Source of the DNA: Felis catus
Taxonomy: Eukaryota
Assembly: GCF_018350175.1 (NCBI RefSeq)
Contig: NC_058368.1
Location: 36,892,001-36,956,000 of the forward strand
Direction: 5' to 3'
DNA: 64,000 bases
Shown here: piece after piece, positions 61,104 to 64,000 of the stretch
How positions within the stretch are numbered: position 1 is the first letter of the stretch
Layout: each line of letters begins with the position of its first letter
Notes under the pieces: generated by a model
Told to the model about the DNA's origin: nothing
What the model saw: only the letters and a program-made list of their open reading frames with translations
The model's database searches: none
Translations under genes and position numbers: made by a program

Positions 61104-62218
61104 TAACAAGTAATTATTTATAATGAGCATATTTGCACATGTAATTGGATATTTAAATTTCTTCTGTGCATTGCTTATATTTCATTAGATTGTTTTCATC
61201 CTCCTGATTTCCTTGTCCCCTTGTCTCTCTATCTCTCCCTCTCTTTCTTTTCTTGTTTCAATAGGTTTAAAAATTGTAACAGGAATGAATGATTGAGGTA
61301 GGGAGAGAGTAAATTTATACTGTAATATTTCTCTGTCGTAGACTCAATGGACAGACATTGGTCATAGTTAAATTGTATGAACTGAATAGACTTTTCATTA
61401 CTGACATTTACAGGAAGTCGATATTTTACCACTTTTTTGACGATCATGGTCAGTAGGATAGTTTCTGACAAATAAGATTGCTCTTTCAGATATTATATGT
61501 AGCATATGGTCATCTAAGTAGATACAGAAAAAATAGATTTGATAAAATCCAAGTCCTATTCCTGATGAAAACCTCTGAGAAAATTAGGAGTAAAAGGGAC
61601 TTTCTAATGTGATAAGTGTCTATGAAAAACATACAGCTAACATCATAGGTAATGATAAAAGCCTACTTTTTGAAACTACAAAACATTGCCAAGACAAATT
61701 AGATCTAAACTAATATAGTGACATCCCTTGTGGCTGACTAGGGAGAAGGAATTTTGCAGGGAGGAGCAGGAGGAATCTTCTGGGGATGATATATTTATTC
61801 ACTATTTGATTATGGTTATGGTATCATAGATGTATACATATGTCAAAACATCAAATTGTCTTTTTCAATATGTGTAGTTTATCTTATGCCTATTATACTT
61901 TAATAAGATTGTTATATTATTAGTATTAGTATTAGTATTAGTATTATTTTCTATTCTGTAATAGATATCTTTACTGAAAGACTTGCCTTTAATCACAAGA
62001 AACCAGAGTTCAAAACCCTGTAATTTACCTGTATTTACCCTGTAAATATCCTCCCTTCACTGCCAGTTTCTGATACTACCAAGACTCTCTCAAGGAAGTA
62101 TTTTCCTTTGGTGCTATAATGAGTAAACTCAGCTTTGTGTGGTTGACAGCTTATTTTAGTGGTCAGTTGAAATAGAAATCTCTTGTCTGTCAGGTACGTT
62201 ACAAATATTTTCTCCTAG

Positions 62219-62405
62219 ATGAAGGATTGGCAACATTTTAGGGGTTGTGGGCTGTATGAGCCTGGTGGCAATACTCAAGTCTGCTCTTGTAGTAGGACAG
62301 CAGCCATAGATAATATGTAAATGAGTCGGTGCTGCCGCCTTCCAGTAAAGCTGTATTTACACAAATCAGCAGCCATTTCATGGGCTATAGCTTGCCAAAT
62401 GGTCC
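62219..62405 (+). mobile_element. MER58-like hAT-Charlie MITE
   Basis: caatactcaagtctgctcttgtagt...agcagccatagataatatgtaaatgagt...ttccagtaaagctgtatttaca...tagcttgcca. Confidence 0.8.
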
Positions 62406-62409
62406 TTGA

Positions 62410-63230
62410 ATAGTATTTGTCTTTTAACTTTATTTATGGTACATTTTAACATATAGTTGTTTAAAATTTTATCAAATCTCATTTTTTTTTTGTTATTCCT
62501 AGGCTTTGTATCTTTCCTTTTATAAGATTGTACAAATATTTTTCTATAGCTTTTCCAGTATTTTATACATGTTTTACATTGAAATTTTTGGTATGCTATA
62601 ATTTACTTGAGTGCATGATGTGAAGTAGAGCTCTCTACTTTCTTTTTTTCCCAAATGATCCAATACTGTTTATTAATTACATGGCCTCACCTTGATTTGA
62701 AATTTCATCTTTTTATAGAATATATTCTCCTAATATGTAGATTTATTTCCAAAATCACTGTTTTATTTCATTATCTATTTTTTCCATTCCCAGCTAATAA
62801 AATACTCTTTTATTTACTTGAGTTTCATGAAAAATTTTACTTCTGGCAGAAAAGACTGTTACTGTTTTCACTTATCTTGAAGGATTATTTTTCATTATTT
62901 GTGAGTTTTCTTTGCTTTTGTAGGTTTTTTTCCTTCTCATTATATATTCTGTTGTCGGTTTATTCTTTTGTGTATAGGAAACTATTAAACTTTTCCTGTC
63001 AAATTTTTGTCTTACTAACATACTAAACAATGTTACTAGTTATAATAGTTTTCCAGATGATTCTTGTGGATTTTATAGCAGAACAATCATAACATAGACA
63101 AATAGTGACACAATTTAATCTTTATTTCCGGTGTTTATTTCTCATTTTTGTTCTTCCTGCATTGGCTAGGAGTGACAATAGAGTGTTGGGTAGTAGTAAT
63201 AGTAGCAGGCATTTTTTTTTCTTGTTCATG
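62410..63230 (-). mobile_element. Old L1 ORF2 fragments
   Basis: T-rich antisense L1 text (ttgtcttttaactttatttatggt, gaacaatcataacatagacaaatagtgaca, tgcattggctagg); similar text recurs at about 63500-64000. Confidence 0.6.
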
Positions 63231-63651
63231 TTTAAAATTAGTTTTTTGTCATTTGAAATAAGCCAAGCAACACTTTTCTGTCTCAAAAATATCCTGGTCA
63301 CTCTTCTATATATACCACGTAAGTTTTAGTTTTTGTTAAATGCCTCTTAAATTTTCTCTAAATTATTTTGATGAGAATTATGGTCTTAAAATATTCTATG
63401 CTTCTATTCAGGAATAGTATTTCCCTATTCTTTTTTATGTTTCTGATTAATTTTTTTTGTTAAAGTTACTGCAAATCGTTTTACATGTTATTATGGTGTT
63501 ATTATTTTGTGACTGATTTTTAAAATGTGTTCTAGTGGACTATTTGAGGTCTATGAAAGATGTACTGATTCCTATATTTAAAAAAAAGTAAACATAATAA
63601 ACTCTCATATGTTTTATCAGTTATTTAATCATTTTGTGGGATTTTTTTTAA

Positions 63652-63864
63652 ATTTTTTTTTCAACTTTTATTTATTTTTGGGACAGAGAGAGACAGAGCA
63701 TGAACGGGGGAGGGGCAGAGAGAGAGGGAGACACAGAATCGGAAACAGGCTCCAGGCTCTGAGCCATCAGCCCAGAGCCCGACGCGGGGCTCAAACTCAC
63801 GGACCGCGAGATCGTGACCTGGCTGAAGTCGGATGCTTAGCCGACTGCGCCACCCAGGTGCCCC
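63652..63864 (-). mobile_element. Young felid Can-SINE (SINEC_Fc-type)
   Basis: Perfect TSD tgtgggattttttttaa at 63635-63651 and 63865-63881. Confidence 0.97.
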
Positions 63865-64000
63865 TGTGGGATTTTTTTTAAGTTAACAATAGCATCATGT
63901 ACAAATAATGAGAGTTTTGTCTTCTTTTTGGATAATTACAACTTCTACCACATTTCCCCCTTTTTTATATATTGCTTTGGCTAGAGTATTTTTAGTCTTA

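Overview
AT-rich, repeat-dense mammalian genomic DNA from a felid, judged by the many carnivore tRNA-Lys-derived Can-SINEs, including several near-consensus SINEC_Fc-type copies. It reads as a long intron or intergenic stretch. I find no protein-coding gene I can name and cannot assign a host-gene strand, because the splice-like signals occur on both strands. Well-supported features are: a full-length processed RPS6 pseudogene (51882-52723, +) sitting in the tail of a short tRNA-like SINE; a full-length Tigger1 DNA transposon (9360-12164, -) interrupted by two SINEs; about 27 Can-SINEs, most with target-site duplications (TSDs); several L1 pieces, including a twin-primed 5'-inverted copy; and older L2, L3/CR1, MIR, MaLR/ERVL LTR and hAT MITE remnants. 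Most ORFs in the supplied track are repeat-derived artefacts. I do not see a new biological system. The observations worth checking are retrotransposition oddities (a SINE-RPS6 composite, a reused target site, an inverted L1), closely spaced inverted SINE pairs, a candidate recursive splice site, a few candidate small exons and putative regulatory motifs. Repeat family names come from my recall of consensus sequences, not from a database search, and old-repeat boundaries are approximate.
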